A DNA stretch of 63,301 bases, counting the filler, from Aduncisulcus paluster (taxonomy: Eukaryota): assembly GCA_024181965.1 (NCBI GenBank). It is 5 parts of 5 records of this genome, joined end to end, with 100 filler letters (N's around TTAATTAATTAA, not from the genome) between each part and the next. Parts side by side here need not be neighbours in the genome. Positions count along the whole stretch, not along the records: positions 1 to 19,325 come from BQXS01012706.1; positions 19,426 to 38,098 come from BQXS01012707.1; 3 more parts are not named here. The stretch is one strand, 5' to 3'. Positions 11,913 through 22,277 of the stretch are shown here, one piece after another. Under the pieces are notes generated by a model. The model was not told the DNA's origin, did not search any database, and saw nothing but the letters and a program-made list of their open reading frames with translations. The translations under genes and the position numbers were made by a program. Positions within the stretch are counted from its first letter, which is position 1; each line of letters begins with the position of its first letter.

Positions 11913-12061
11913 TTTCTTCAATTTTTTTTGGATACTACCCAATAAATCGGGTCAAATCATTACATTCTTATTTCAAATTGGAAATTTCAAAGCTATGGAT
12001 AACCTTGATCAGAAAACCTTGAAAAAAGAATCATATAAAAAAAATATTTCTATTTATTTAC

Positions 12062-12852
12062 TTAGAAACCGAAGGACTCGAGTTCCTTGAACAACTCTGG
12101 GTTGGCAGCCTTAGCCTGAGCAACAGCCTTCTCTCTAAGGGCAACAGCCTTCTTCTTCTCTTCATAGAATTCCTTAGAACGGGCGAGACGTTTGTCCTCA
12201 AGCTTCTCGAGGGTGGCAGCATGCTTCCATCCAACAGCAGTAGAAAGACGAGCAAGACGAGTGTAAGGACGGTCAGCCTTGCAATGAGAGACACGAAGAG
12301 CATCAGTGATAACCATACGCTTCATCTTGTCATAAGGAGCGGGGCATCCATCAATGCAAGAAAGACGACCAAGAGCAGCCATACCACGAGCAGTCTTGTG
12401 AGGAACCATACCACGAATGACACGGTAAACAATGGCAGAAGGAGCTCTGTGATGGAAGGGTCCCTTTGTGGGGTTGTAGTTAGTACGTTTGTTAAGGAAT
12501 CCCTGATATTTACCTAAAGAAATTATTACCATTAAAAACAGAATAAACCAAAAACAAAATAAATAAAATATAAATAAACATAAATTCCGAAAAAATTATT
12601 ATAGACTAATACAAATTCAAGATTTACATACGGTAAGAACGCATGACTAGAGAAAAACAAAAAAACAAATGTTAATACAATGTAAAAAATATAGCTATAT
12701 AATAATTTGAATAATAACATACATGGACCAGCGATGTTCATCTCTTCACAACGGACAAGGACAACCTTTTGACCCAGGAGGAGCTTCTTAGCAACAATAG
12801 AGGCAACACGACCGAGAAGGTGACTTTTACAATCAACGACGACAGTATTCAT
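12062..12852 (-). CDS. RPL13A: 60S ribosomal protein uL13 (L13a), three exons: 12852-12723, 12646-12632, 12513-12062
   Basis: [18 protein letters not shown]...EEMNIAGP + FMRSYR + [25 protein letters not shown]; both introns are GTATGT...TAG and splicing restores frame and motif spacing. Confidence 0.95.
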
Positions 12853-13427
12853 ATTTCTAATACAATTCGACAAGAGGAAGCACTGCAAGAGAAGGATTTT
12901 CGATGTTTGATTTGAATCCAAAAATAGAGTTGTGAGTAGATGGATAATCCAACCCAGAACAAAAATATAAGAAGCTAGTAGCATGTGAATATTTTAATAC
13001 TTCGATATGATAGCGTTGTTTTGACAATTTGTATTTCATTTAGCTTCAAGACTTCTCTTTAAATTCCACTGGAATTAAATGCATTTAGCCAGTGGCGGAG
13101 TAAATATTTGGAAGTTTCCATTATATACATTTACTAATTATCAAAATTACATCAATTTCTTTCTGTTTTATCCATTCTAAAGGCTGATTCTAACGCCAAA
13201 TGGAATTTGTTCAAACTATTTGTACAGTCGTAGTTACAGAGTTATCACATGATAGAAGACCAAATTCTATATTTATGAATATATATCAGCTATTTTATTA
13301 CGACAAGATAATTAGATCTACAAAAATAAAAATCAAAACTTCTAAACGGCAAAAAAGAGATTACTATAAAAATCACAAAATTTTGATTGTTTCATAAATA
13401 AATATAGATTGAAGAACCTGTAAATTA

Positions 13428-14585
13428 TTAGTCAAGGAGATATAGAGTTTTTTGGGAACTTCCATCAAACCGGATAAATTTGGAACTATCAGAACAATCT
13501 GAAAGGGTATTTGACAGACAAAGATCATCAGAATCAACAAAAGCGGAAATATCCGATTCCGTCAAACTCCCTAAGCTAAAATCGATTTGACTGAGAACGA
13601 TATCCTTCAAAATGTGGCCTTTATGTTGACTATAAGACAATTCAAGCTTAGAACCACCAAGACCCTCAATAATAATACTATTACAAACGGTTGTATCATC
13701 AATACTGATGTTAGCACGCCCCCTACAATCAATATCAATATCAGTATCCGAAGAACAGTAAAGGGTTGAAACGTCAACATCACCAATAGCGTAAATTGAC
13801 AAACTAGATGAAACTGTTGCTCCTTCCAAGGAGACAGCCCCATTAACATAATCAAATGTACTACTACCAATCTCGAGATCATCAACAAAGATATTTCCAG
13901 CAATATTCACATCCCCGAACGTAGGAACAGCAAAAACTTTCCCCAATGTCACCCCATCCTTAATTTGAAGTGTCATATCAGAATTTTTCCAACATAAATG
14001 GAATAAAAATGTGCTCACCTTGTTAAGAAAACTTAGATTGCTCAATTGTGATCTCACAAAATAATAAGTATTTCCAGTGGTATTATTAATTCCGGATTTA
14101 TCGGGATCATCAACATTAAGAGCATCTAATATCCGAGAATCAATCTCCAACAACCCAGTGCTGGCAGCGGTTTGAGTACAAATAGAAAAATCGCTATCTT
14201 GAGTCACTGAAGCATAAACGGATACATCATCATCAAATGTATCTTCAGCAAGCATCTCAAATTTGGTAAAAACCATACTATCGAAAAATACATCAATTTT
14301 TGTCGTTCCAGTTTTCGGCTCCAAAGACAAGAGATACTCTTGAGTTGGAAAACTCTTACATACGTAGAGGAAATTAACCCCAATAAATGTTCCAAGAAGA
14401 ACAAGAAGAAAGATAATGAGCCAAATTATTATCTTACACACAATAACACAGCATCTATCTTGAGCAGTACAACAACATCCACGACAACATGATTTTTTAG
14501 AATATTTTTGAAATTGAGTGGGTTTGATTGTTACAGCTTGAGGTGGAGGAGTTCGGACCATTTGGATTTGCGTTGTTTGAGACAT
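13428..14585 (-). CDS. Type II membrane protein: Cys-rich cytosolic juxtamembrane region, one TM, beta-rich (adhesin-like) ectodomain
   Basis: KKSCCRGCCCTAQDRCC followed by hydrophobic IIIWLIIFLLVLLGTFIGVNFL; ectodomain with repeated GDVxI/V beta turns. Confidence 0.55.
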   Translation of the reverse strand: MSQTTQIQMVRTPPPQAVTIKPTQFQKYSKKSCCRGCCCTAQDRCCVIVCKIIIWLIIFLLVLLGTFIGVNFLYVCKSFPTQEYLLSLEPKTGTTKIDVFFDSMVFTKFEMLAEDTFDDDVSVYASVTQDSDFSICTQTAASTGLLEIDSRILDALNVDDPDKSGINNTTGNTYYFVRSQLSNLSFLNKVSTFLFHLCWKNSDMTLQIKDGVTLGKVFAVPTFGDVNIAGNIFVDDLEIGSSTFDYVNGAVSLEGATVSSSLSIYAIGDVDVSTLYCSSDTDIDIDCRGRANISIDDTTVCNSIIIEGLGGSKLELSYSQHKGHILKDIVLSQIDFSLGSLTESDISAFVDSDDLCLSNTLSDCSDSSKFIRFDGSSQKTLYLLD

Positions 14586-14904
14586 AATAGTTATAATAGA
14601 TTGATAAACGGAGAAAATAAAGAATGAATTAACAAAAATTGCAGTTAGTTCCTGAAAATAATTTCTCTTGGTGCACAAACGAAGAACAGCGGTGTAGGGT
14701 CAAAGAACACACTGCCATACCAAACTGTTCATGATATTACCGTACAAATAAGATATTCCCTAATCCAAATATATAGAATAATAAATTAATAACTGTTTAT
14801 TTTTTTTTTAATATAAATACTATGGACTTGAACAGAGTGGCGAACACAGAGAAATCAAATTACCGATTTACCGGTAATATCGAAAAGGATATCACAAATT
14901 TTCC

Positions 14905-15945
14905 CTATTTATACCGATATCCCGGTCTTTGCTGGGCAGGAATTGTTGGATATTGGGCAGGATGTCCAGATCCATGTTGGGCTTGGATCCCTTGACCTTG
15001 TTCTCTCTGACCATATACCCCAGATTGAATTTGCTGTTGCATCATTGGTTCCATTGGGCGTGATGGGCCTCCAATTTTCGAATGACCATCATGAGAAGCA
15101 GGCCGACCAGGAGGGATCTCTGATTGTCCCGGCTGCCCTTGTGGAACAGCACTCATTGATCTTCCAGGAGGTATTGCAGATATCCTTGCTCCCATTCCTC
15201 CCATTTGACCCTGTTGACCCGGTCTTCCAACCTGAGATGTCATCGAAGCCTCCTCCTTCACAATAGTATCTCTTCCCACCCGACCTCTATCATCTTCTTC
15301 CTTCCCTGGTATTCCGGAGCTTAATGGCTGATCTCCCATTATTCCCATCCAATCGGGGATCCCAGCTCGCCTTTTCACCGATTTCCAATGCTCCAAGTCG
15401 ATACTCCTATATGAGGTACTTCTCTTCCCTTCAAGAGCACGTGCTTGAATATCTTTAGATGAAGACGAATTCCCAAATCCATCTCCAAACAACTTCATTG
15501 CACGTTTCAAACCATCGGTAATGGCTCCTTTTTGGGCCTTGTCGATGGCATCCGATTTCTTTGGCATATTCTCAGAACATCCACTCCCAATTCCATCATG
15601 ATAACATCCGTTGGGCAGGGAAACTCGAACAATGGCAGTGTATTGACAGGAAAAACGTCCACCTTGAGTTTCAAGATAATCGCATTTTATGCTTGAGATC
15701 TCAGATGACCAACCGTCATATCCAAATGTTTGATTTGCAAGAGAAATAACACGCCAACCCTCCAAGTAGGCCATTTTTCTGCCCCCTGGTCCAGGTCGAA
15801 CGGACAAATAATCAGCCCCCAAATGACGACACAACATTGCATTTGCAATCTCCCTTCGATATTGAGGAATTTCTCTGGAGCCCCATGTTCCACAACCTCT
15901 TGAAAATAACTCGCGATCGAAAGTTTCGAGTTCTTTTTTATCCAT
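14905..15945 (-). CDS. RAD52: DNA repair/annealing protein Rad52
   Basis: LGADYLSVRPGPGGRKMAYLEGWRVISLANQTFGYDGWS...VRVSLPNGCYHDGIGSG...AITDGLKRAMKLFG is the Rad52/Rad22 N-terminal domain; disordered Q/G/P-rich tail. Confidence 0.93.
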   Translation of the reverse strand: MDKKELETFDRELFSRGCGTWGSREIPQYRREIANAMLCRHLGADYLSVRPGPGGRKMAYLEGWRVISLANQTFGYDGWSSEISSIKCDYLETQGGRFSCQYTAIVRVSLPNGCYHDGIGSGCSENMPKKSDAIDKAQKGAITDGLKRAMKLFGDGFGNSSSSKDIQARALEGKRSTSYRSIDLEHWKSVKRRAGIPDWMGIMGDQPLSSGIPGKEEDDRGRVGRDTIVKEEASMTSQVGRPGQQGQMGGMGARISAIPPGRSMSAVPQGQPGQSEIPPGRPASHDGHSKIGGPSRPMEPMMQQQIQSGVYGQREQGQGIQAQHGSGHPAQYPTIPAQQRPGYRYK

Positions 15946-16365
15946 TTTTCTCGGTAGCTAATACGACAAACAATTTACCTTGAAACACTAGAATATAATG
16001 TATTTGAAAGTTTTAAATCTGTTTTGTAAACAAATTGAATCATATTCAGAAAAACTTCACTGTCTTACTCCTTGATTGCTGGAATAATGAAAACCATTTC
16101 CATCGATATGTTTGATAATTCGCCTAACTTTATATATCGTTTTTGTTATTAATTTCAAAGAAATTAATATAATTGTATCCTTTCGAGAATATCTCGGCTT
16201 GTTTCTTTTTATTATTTTTTAATGTTCAATTTTGATAATTCAATCAAGTAAAATTAGAAAATCACTCATATATTCTTTCTCGTTCTTTTCGAATGAAAAA
16301 AAAAAAAAAAAGGATCTGTTAATTTCTCGGAGTTGGGGTTGAATTCAGGTGTATTGTTTATAAAA

Positions 16366-17931
16366 ATGCCCATTAATCACCGATTGTTTCAATATGTGTG
16401 GTATTGTATTTTGATATTTATACCTCTTATCTTCCTCCCAGTGATCAAGTCTGTTCGGCATACCCCCTCATATAACAATAGATATTTTCGCATTGCTTGG
16501 TCAGGGTGGGTTAGTACAATCTATTATACACTGTCTGTTCTGTCCGGTTGTCGTTCTCCTATCTTCACACATTCCCTTGGTCTTGATCGTACCTGGTTAT
16601 TTCATACGTGCACATCATGTCTTGCTGCTATTTTTGGAATTATTCACTTTTCTATCATTGTTTCCAAGCATGTTCATTGGAGTTCTTTCACTATCACAGG
16701 TACCGTTGGTCTTTTTCTCTCTGCTGGTGTATCCCTCGTGAGTTTGTTTAGAAGAACTCCTAATTTTAGAAAAGGATTACATTGGTCAATATTCATGTTT
16801 ATTCATCTTCTTGTATGGGGTGCTCTTGGGCTTATAATGTATCATCTTTTTATCTATGTACGTCCACAATCTGTAGATGATCCCAATAAGGATAAATTTG
16901 GGTTAACCATTTCAATAATCTTTGCTATTATTGGCATATTTTCGTTTATTATGCGATTATATGACCGTGTAACTGCAACTCGTGCTAAAATTCAAAGAAT
17001 TCGTTCATATGGAGATTATACTGAAATTCTCATAAATAGACCCCCCACTGCCCCCAGAGAGCAAGCAATAGATAATGCTGGTGTTATCTGTGGCTGCAGA
17101 AGTGGAGGTGAACCAGATGGAAGTGCTCATGGAGGGAAGTTTATGATGATGTCGTTCTCCAAGAGTTCATTTGGTCCTCAGCATCCATTCACATATTCAA
17201 TATATCACCCAAATCCCGCTGAAGAGCATTCGTCTGAGTTTGCCAATCTTATTCGGGTTTTGCTCGCCCCTGGAACCCAAGTTGTCGGGAAGCTTAAATA
17301 TGGAATGACAGTGACGTGTTCTGGCCCTTATGGTGGGTTTTCTCCCTCAAAAACAGGCCGTACAGTGTTTTTTGTTGGTGGATGTGGAGTGTCTCCAAGC
17401 ATTTCGATTATCCAGAAAGAACTTGATCTTTCACATGATAGATTGACAACCAAGGCTTCGATCGGAGATTTCTCCTCGGTTGAAGGCGACACCCCTCTTC
17501 TTTCCGTTCATTCTACCGAGCTTCATGATCCGACTGTTATCCGTCCACTTAGTAACTTTATCCTTGTGTGGAGTACTCGAACAAGGAAGGAGGCCAACTC
17601 CATTCTTCCCATTTTACAGCCTCTCATCCAAGCTGGGTTATCTGTGTTCATTCACCTTACGAGAGAATGTTCCCCATGCACAATCCCAACCGGAGAATCT
17701 GATTTTTATAACCCTGAGGATATAATGCCAGATGGAGAAGACCAAACAACATCGAATGGTATCACCTTTATCAATCATCGAATTACCGAGAAAGAAATCA
17801 TATCGCGGGTTCAAAATGATACCAGTGTTTTTGTGTGTGGACCCAAAATATTCAAATCTATTGTTTTCCACGGTGCATTGAAGGGTGGTGTTCCCAGACA
17901 CAAAATCTTTGATGATAGAAATGTTATGTAG
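16366..17931 (+). CDS. Ferric reductase / NADPH oxidase-family flavocytochrome
   Basis: TM domain with two His pairs (FHTCTSCLAAIFGIIH; IHLLVWGALGLIMYH), FAD motif QHPFT, SGPYG, NAD(P)H motif GGCGVSP and VCGP. Confidence 0.85.
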   Translation: MPINHRLFQYVWYCILIFIPLIFLPVIKSVRHTPSYNNRYFRIAWSGWVSTIYYTLSVLSGCRSPIFTHSLGLDRTWLFHTCTSCLAAIFGIIHFSIIVSKHVHWSSFTITGTVGLFLSAGVSLVSLFRRTPNFRKGLHWSIFMFIHLLVWGALGLIMYHLFIYVRPQSVDDPNKDKFGLTISIIFAIIGIFSFIMRLYDRVTATRAKIQRIRSYGDYTEILINRPPTAPREQAIDNAGVICGCRSGGEPDGSAHGGKFMMMSFSKSSFGPQHPFTYSIYHPNPAEEHSSEFANLIRVLLAPGTQVVGKLKYGMTVTCSGPYGGFSPSKTGRTVFFVGGCGVSPSISIIQKELDLSHDRLTTKASIGDFSSVEGDTPLLSVHSTELHDPTVIRPLSNFILVWSTRTRKEANSILPILQPLIQAGLSVFIHLTRECSPCTIPTGESDFYNPEDIMPDGEDQTTSNGITFINHRITEKEIISRVQNDTSVFVCGPKIFKSIVFHGALKGGVPRHKIFDDRNVM

Positions 17932-18207
17932 AAAGTTTCTACCTATTTGTGAGAGCGTTCAATATGATATAACATATTCTGCGGACCAGGATCACTCTTT
18001 CTGTCCTTGAAGGACAGTCCTTCCCGCTATATAATAATAAACACTTTCGGTAAAAGGACGTTTTTATTTTTTTATTTCTCACAGACCTTCTGTCTTTATT
18101 ATATTTGATGTTTTTTTAATTATCACGAACGAATAATGGAGATTGAACAACATGATGTTGAAGACTGACCATTTCGTCGAATTGGAGTGCATTCTGATTT
18201 TTTTGAA

Positions 18208-19325
18208 ATGACAAAGCGCCCTCAATTGGTTTTAGGCTGTTCACATAAAGTGTTAAAGTATCTTGAAGAATTCAAATCAATCCTTGGGACTAAAAAATGG
18301 ACCTTGGATTCTATCGTAACCGAGATAGACAAATTATATTGTTTTCTTCAAGAAACTTATTCGAATGAATATGTTGGTAGATTTGCAAAGATAATGAAAT
18401 ATGGGTCAACCATAAAAGGGGCGGCTCGTCATGTTGCCACAATTTTAAAAATATCTCCATTGGATGTTATATTCAAATCATTCTCATTAATTTCTAATCT
18501 GGTCTTGCGTCAGTTTCAATCTCAATCATTCAAAAAAAGGGATTCTAAACTATATAATCCAAGCGATAATTTCTCTCCGAGTATGATTGAGTTTTTCCAA
18601 GAAGATAAGTTTTATGTTTCCCATTCCCTTGATAAAAATGAATTTGATTATTATCTTGTTCTCCCGAAACTAACCAATAATCATCCTCAATTTCTAATTT
18701 CCCAATATTTTTGTTGCTTTATGTTGTCGTGTGTATTTTTAAGGATAATTCCCAAAACCACACACGCTCATGTTGCCAATTTTTTTTACAATGGCCAAGG
18801 AATGGAAAAATGTTCTGTATTTCTTGCCTATTTTGTTCGGATGCATGATGTACTGATTCGAGATTCTTCTTCGCAACCCCACAATGATTTTATCTTGTTC
18901 TCTCGATCATGTTGTGATACTGATTGTTTGAAGGAATCATTGAAAACCCACAAAGATAAAACCTTTTTCTTTGGTGAATCTTCATTAGATCCCCTTCAAA
19001 CCCGTCTTTCTCTCCAACCTACCGATTCTTTAATATCTACAAAATTGTCGAAATCATCTGTTGTCCATGACTTTGCTGACAAGAAAGTTGGTGGGTTTGT
19101 GTTGCAGGCCGGTGCAGTCCAGGAAGAAACCCTTCTCCTTGCACACACGGAGGCTATTCTTGCCCAAATTATGACACACATTCTCGACGACTCTGATTCT
19201 GTTCTTATTCATGGAGCCTCCTTCCTCGCTTATAACTCTGGATGGAAGAAAACATTTAGATTTCGAGGAATAATTCAACGTGATCTTTGCGAGAGGATTT
19301 CGATTCCTTCAGAAACCTTTTTCCA
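18208..19325 (+). CDS. PARG: Poly(ADP-ribose) glycohydrolase, 3'-truncated by contig end
   Basis: HDFADKKVGGFVLQAGAVQEETLLLAHTE resembles the PARG signature DFAN..GGG-x(6-8)-QEE; downstream YNSGWKKTFRF resembles YTGY..TF. Confidence 0.8.
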
Positions 19326-19425
19326 NNNNNNNNNNNNNNNNNNNNNNNNNNNNNNNNNNNNNNNNNNNNTTAATTAATTAANNNNNNNNNNNNNNNNNNN
19401 NNNNNNNNNNNNNNNNNNNNNNNNN
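19326..19425. other. Artificial contig linker
   Basis: 44 N + TTAATTAATTAA (stops in all six frames) + 44 N. Confidence 0.97.
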
Positions 19426-19832
19426 CTGATGTACTTGGGTTTATACGGCTCTATTTCATATTCTACATTGTATATACACTTCATATGAGACATTTCTCGG
19501 ATCCTTTCTTCTACTTTCTTGGATAAGAAGATGATCATTGATTGAGGTGGAATTACGAATATAAATGGAATGCCATCTCAAGAAAAAATGTTTTTAAAGA
19601 TATTAATAATACAAAAAGGCCATATCAGGCAATGTTCTTTTATTATTCTGCTCAAATATGAATCAACCTAAAATTATCCTACAGCATGCTATATTAAATA
19701 TTTTCTTCCAAAAGTTTACTTTTTTACTTTTAATGGAAGTAATTTGACTAATTATTCCTCCAATTCGTGCAAAATCGTCTAATATCACTAGATACAGTGA
19801 ATCTACCCGTTGATGACTGGACTAAAACAATT

Positions 19833-19894
19833 GGCTGCCTAATTGGCTGCATTTTTCAATTTTTCGGCTGCCAAGTGGCTGCATTTTACAATTT
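19833..19894. repeat. Two ~33-bp imperfect tandem units containing four GGCTGC copies, upstream of POLD2
   Basis: GGCTGCCTAATTGGCTGCATTTTTCAATTT and GGCTGCCAAGTGGCTGCATTTTACAATTT. Confidence 0.7.
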
Positions 19895-20072
19895 CAAGTG
19901 ACCGCCAGATGTACACCCCTGATATTTTTTCTCACTCTATAATGAATAATTCAATAATTATACATTTAAAACACTAATAAATCTATCAATTACTTTCATT
20001 TTATTATGTTATTCTGTCCACTACTTATGTGGATATAGTGAAAAAAAAAAAAATCCAATTTTTCTCGGCAAA

Positions 20073-21940
20073 ATGGAGTTATTTCGGCTCGTGCATCTCC
20101 GAAAATTTGCCTTACGGAAGCGAAGATTTAGCCACCAATTTGCAGCATTTTTGAATCATCGAATTACGAACCTTTCTGCCTTTGCCGTATCAAGAGCTAA
20201 ATCTATCTTACCAAAAGAATATACATTTATAGAAACTATAACTTATCTTAGTACGCATAAAAATGCAAGAGTTGCCGTGCCAGGTGTTTTTTTTAAAAAG
20301 ATATACGGTAGAAAGACCGCCATTGATGAATTTGGAGAAATAACTGAACCTGAATTACCAAGAATCTCTAAATCTAGTATTATAAGTGATAGAGATGAAT
20401 GTGTTTTAGAAAATAAGACTGGATCTATTAGTTTAATATTCAATAATGGGAAATCATTTTTCCCAACAGGTATTGTTTGTGTAGTGGCTGGATATTTAAC
20501 TTCCAACGAACATCTTATTGTTGAACATTTAATTCCTCCTGGTTTTATTGCTGTACCTCCAAAGATTAAACGCCCCCTTTCTACTCCAAGACATTCCCAA
20601 CCAAATTCCATTCTTTTACTTTCAGACATGTTGATTGGACGTGACGGTGATGACATTGAGGCTAGAGATACTCTTATACAATGGGTATTATCAGGAGCAT
20701 CGCCATGTGGGCATTGTCTATTTCTTGGAAACTCTGTGTCAGCTCCCGAAGAAACCCCAGAAGGCCGCAAAGTCCTTTCGAAAGATGGTCAAGCGAGCAG
20801 ATATGAGGTCTTCACTCAACTCGTTTCACCAGTTGATGTATTGGATCAGTTTTTGACCATTCTATCATGCCATATGTGCCTTACTGTCTGCAGTGGTCCC
20901 TCTGATCCTGTTCCATATGCTCTTCCACAGCCTCCAATGAATCAAATACTCTTTCCCTCTGCTTCAAAAAATTGTACCTTGACATTAGCCTCCAATCCTG
21001 CCCTCTTCGAGTGTCCTGTTCCATCTGAACTCTCTTCCTCTTCCTCTTCCTCTCTTCCNNNNNNNNNNNNNNNNNNNNCGTTTCACCAGTTGATGTATTG
21101 GATCAGTTTTTGACCATTCTATCATGCCATATGTGCCTTACTGTCTGCAGTGGTCCCTCTGATCCTGTTCCATATGCTCTTCCACAGCCTCCAATGAATC
21201 AAATACTCTTTCCCTCTGCTTCAAAAAATTGTACCTTGACATTAGCCTCCAATCCTGCCCTCTTCGAGTGTCCTGTTCCATCTGAACTCTCTTCCTCTTC
21301 CTCTTCCTCTCTTCCGCCCTCATCTTCCCCGCCTCACTCTCCCATTTCTTCCTCTTCTCTCCCTCCTTCCCGCGGCGTTACAATGCTCTCTCTACCACAA
21401 CGTGCTCTGCTTGCCGCAATCTCCTCCTCTTCACAATATGCTAAATCTCTTCATCCGCCTTCAAAAAACAAAGAAGAAGCGAAAGAAACCAAGGGATCTG
21501 ACGAGGAGGATGAAGAAGAGAAAGATACCGATCATCCCTGTCCTTCGATTGATGAAGCCTTGCTCCATTCCATGGGATCTTTTCTGAACGCTTCTCACTG
21601 TTGTCCGACTGCACCACAGCTTGTCGATGTATTCCCATTTCATAATGAAGATCCATTTATAATAGACCAACCCATTGATATTTGTCTAGTTGGTGGGGGG
21701 AAAGAAGGGAAATGGAGGCTTATTGGAGAGGAAAGATGGCAGTTAGAAGACCTATCCCGAAAGAAAGATGAGGAGGACGCAGAAGAGACTTATAAAAAGT
21801 CTGATGGAATGATGAAATATGATATGGAATCAAAACCTCTTGTGTTAGGAATAGTTGTGCCCAGTTTTGCAAAGACTGGAAGTGCTTTGATACTTAACTT
21901 AAAAACATTTGAGATAACACCAATATCATTTAATAAATAA
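20073..21940 (+). CDS. POLD2: DNA polymerase delta small subunit (Pol31), ~536 aa, split by a gap duplication
   Basis: FSHQFAAFLNHRI, LENKTGSI, TGIVCVVAG, SGPSDPVPYALPQPPM, HCCPTAP, DPFII, VPSFAKTG; collapsing 20822-21058/21079-21315 gives 537 codons. Confidence 0.9.
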
Positions 21941-22277
21941 ATTTTGAATTTTTTTTTTTTCATCCGTCAAGTGCGGTTAATTGGTCATCGTTTTCGAAAA
22001 AGACGAAAATAAAATTCCATAAAATGGTCAGTTGACGGATCAATTGGGCAAGGGATCATATACAATTAATTTTATCCTTGTACTCAAATTTTATTGAAAA
22101 CAAAATACAAGAAAAATTTATTAGTATTATTTCCATTTCTGACTTTTGCATTTGATGACAAGATGACGATCCGGAATTTTTTTGCAAGTTTGCTGTTAGC
22201 ATCTCAGAATTAATTCAGATTATTTATTAATTTCGATTTTTTTCATTATTTGCCAAATATTCAGTGAATAATTTTTG

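Noticed and set aside
14846..14852. ACAGAGA as a possible U6 snRNA box
   Set aside because: No downstream AGC triad or internal stem-loop
19426..19670. Possible spliced minus-strand gene start at the contig edge
   Set aside because: Requires non-consensus splice sites and has no recognisable homology; too weak to call
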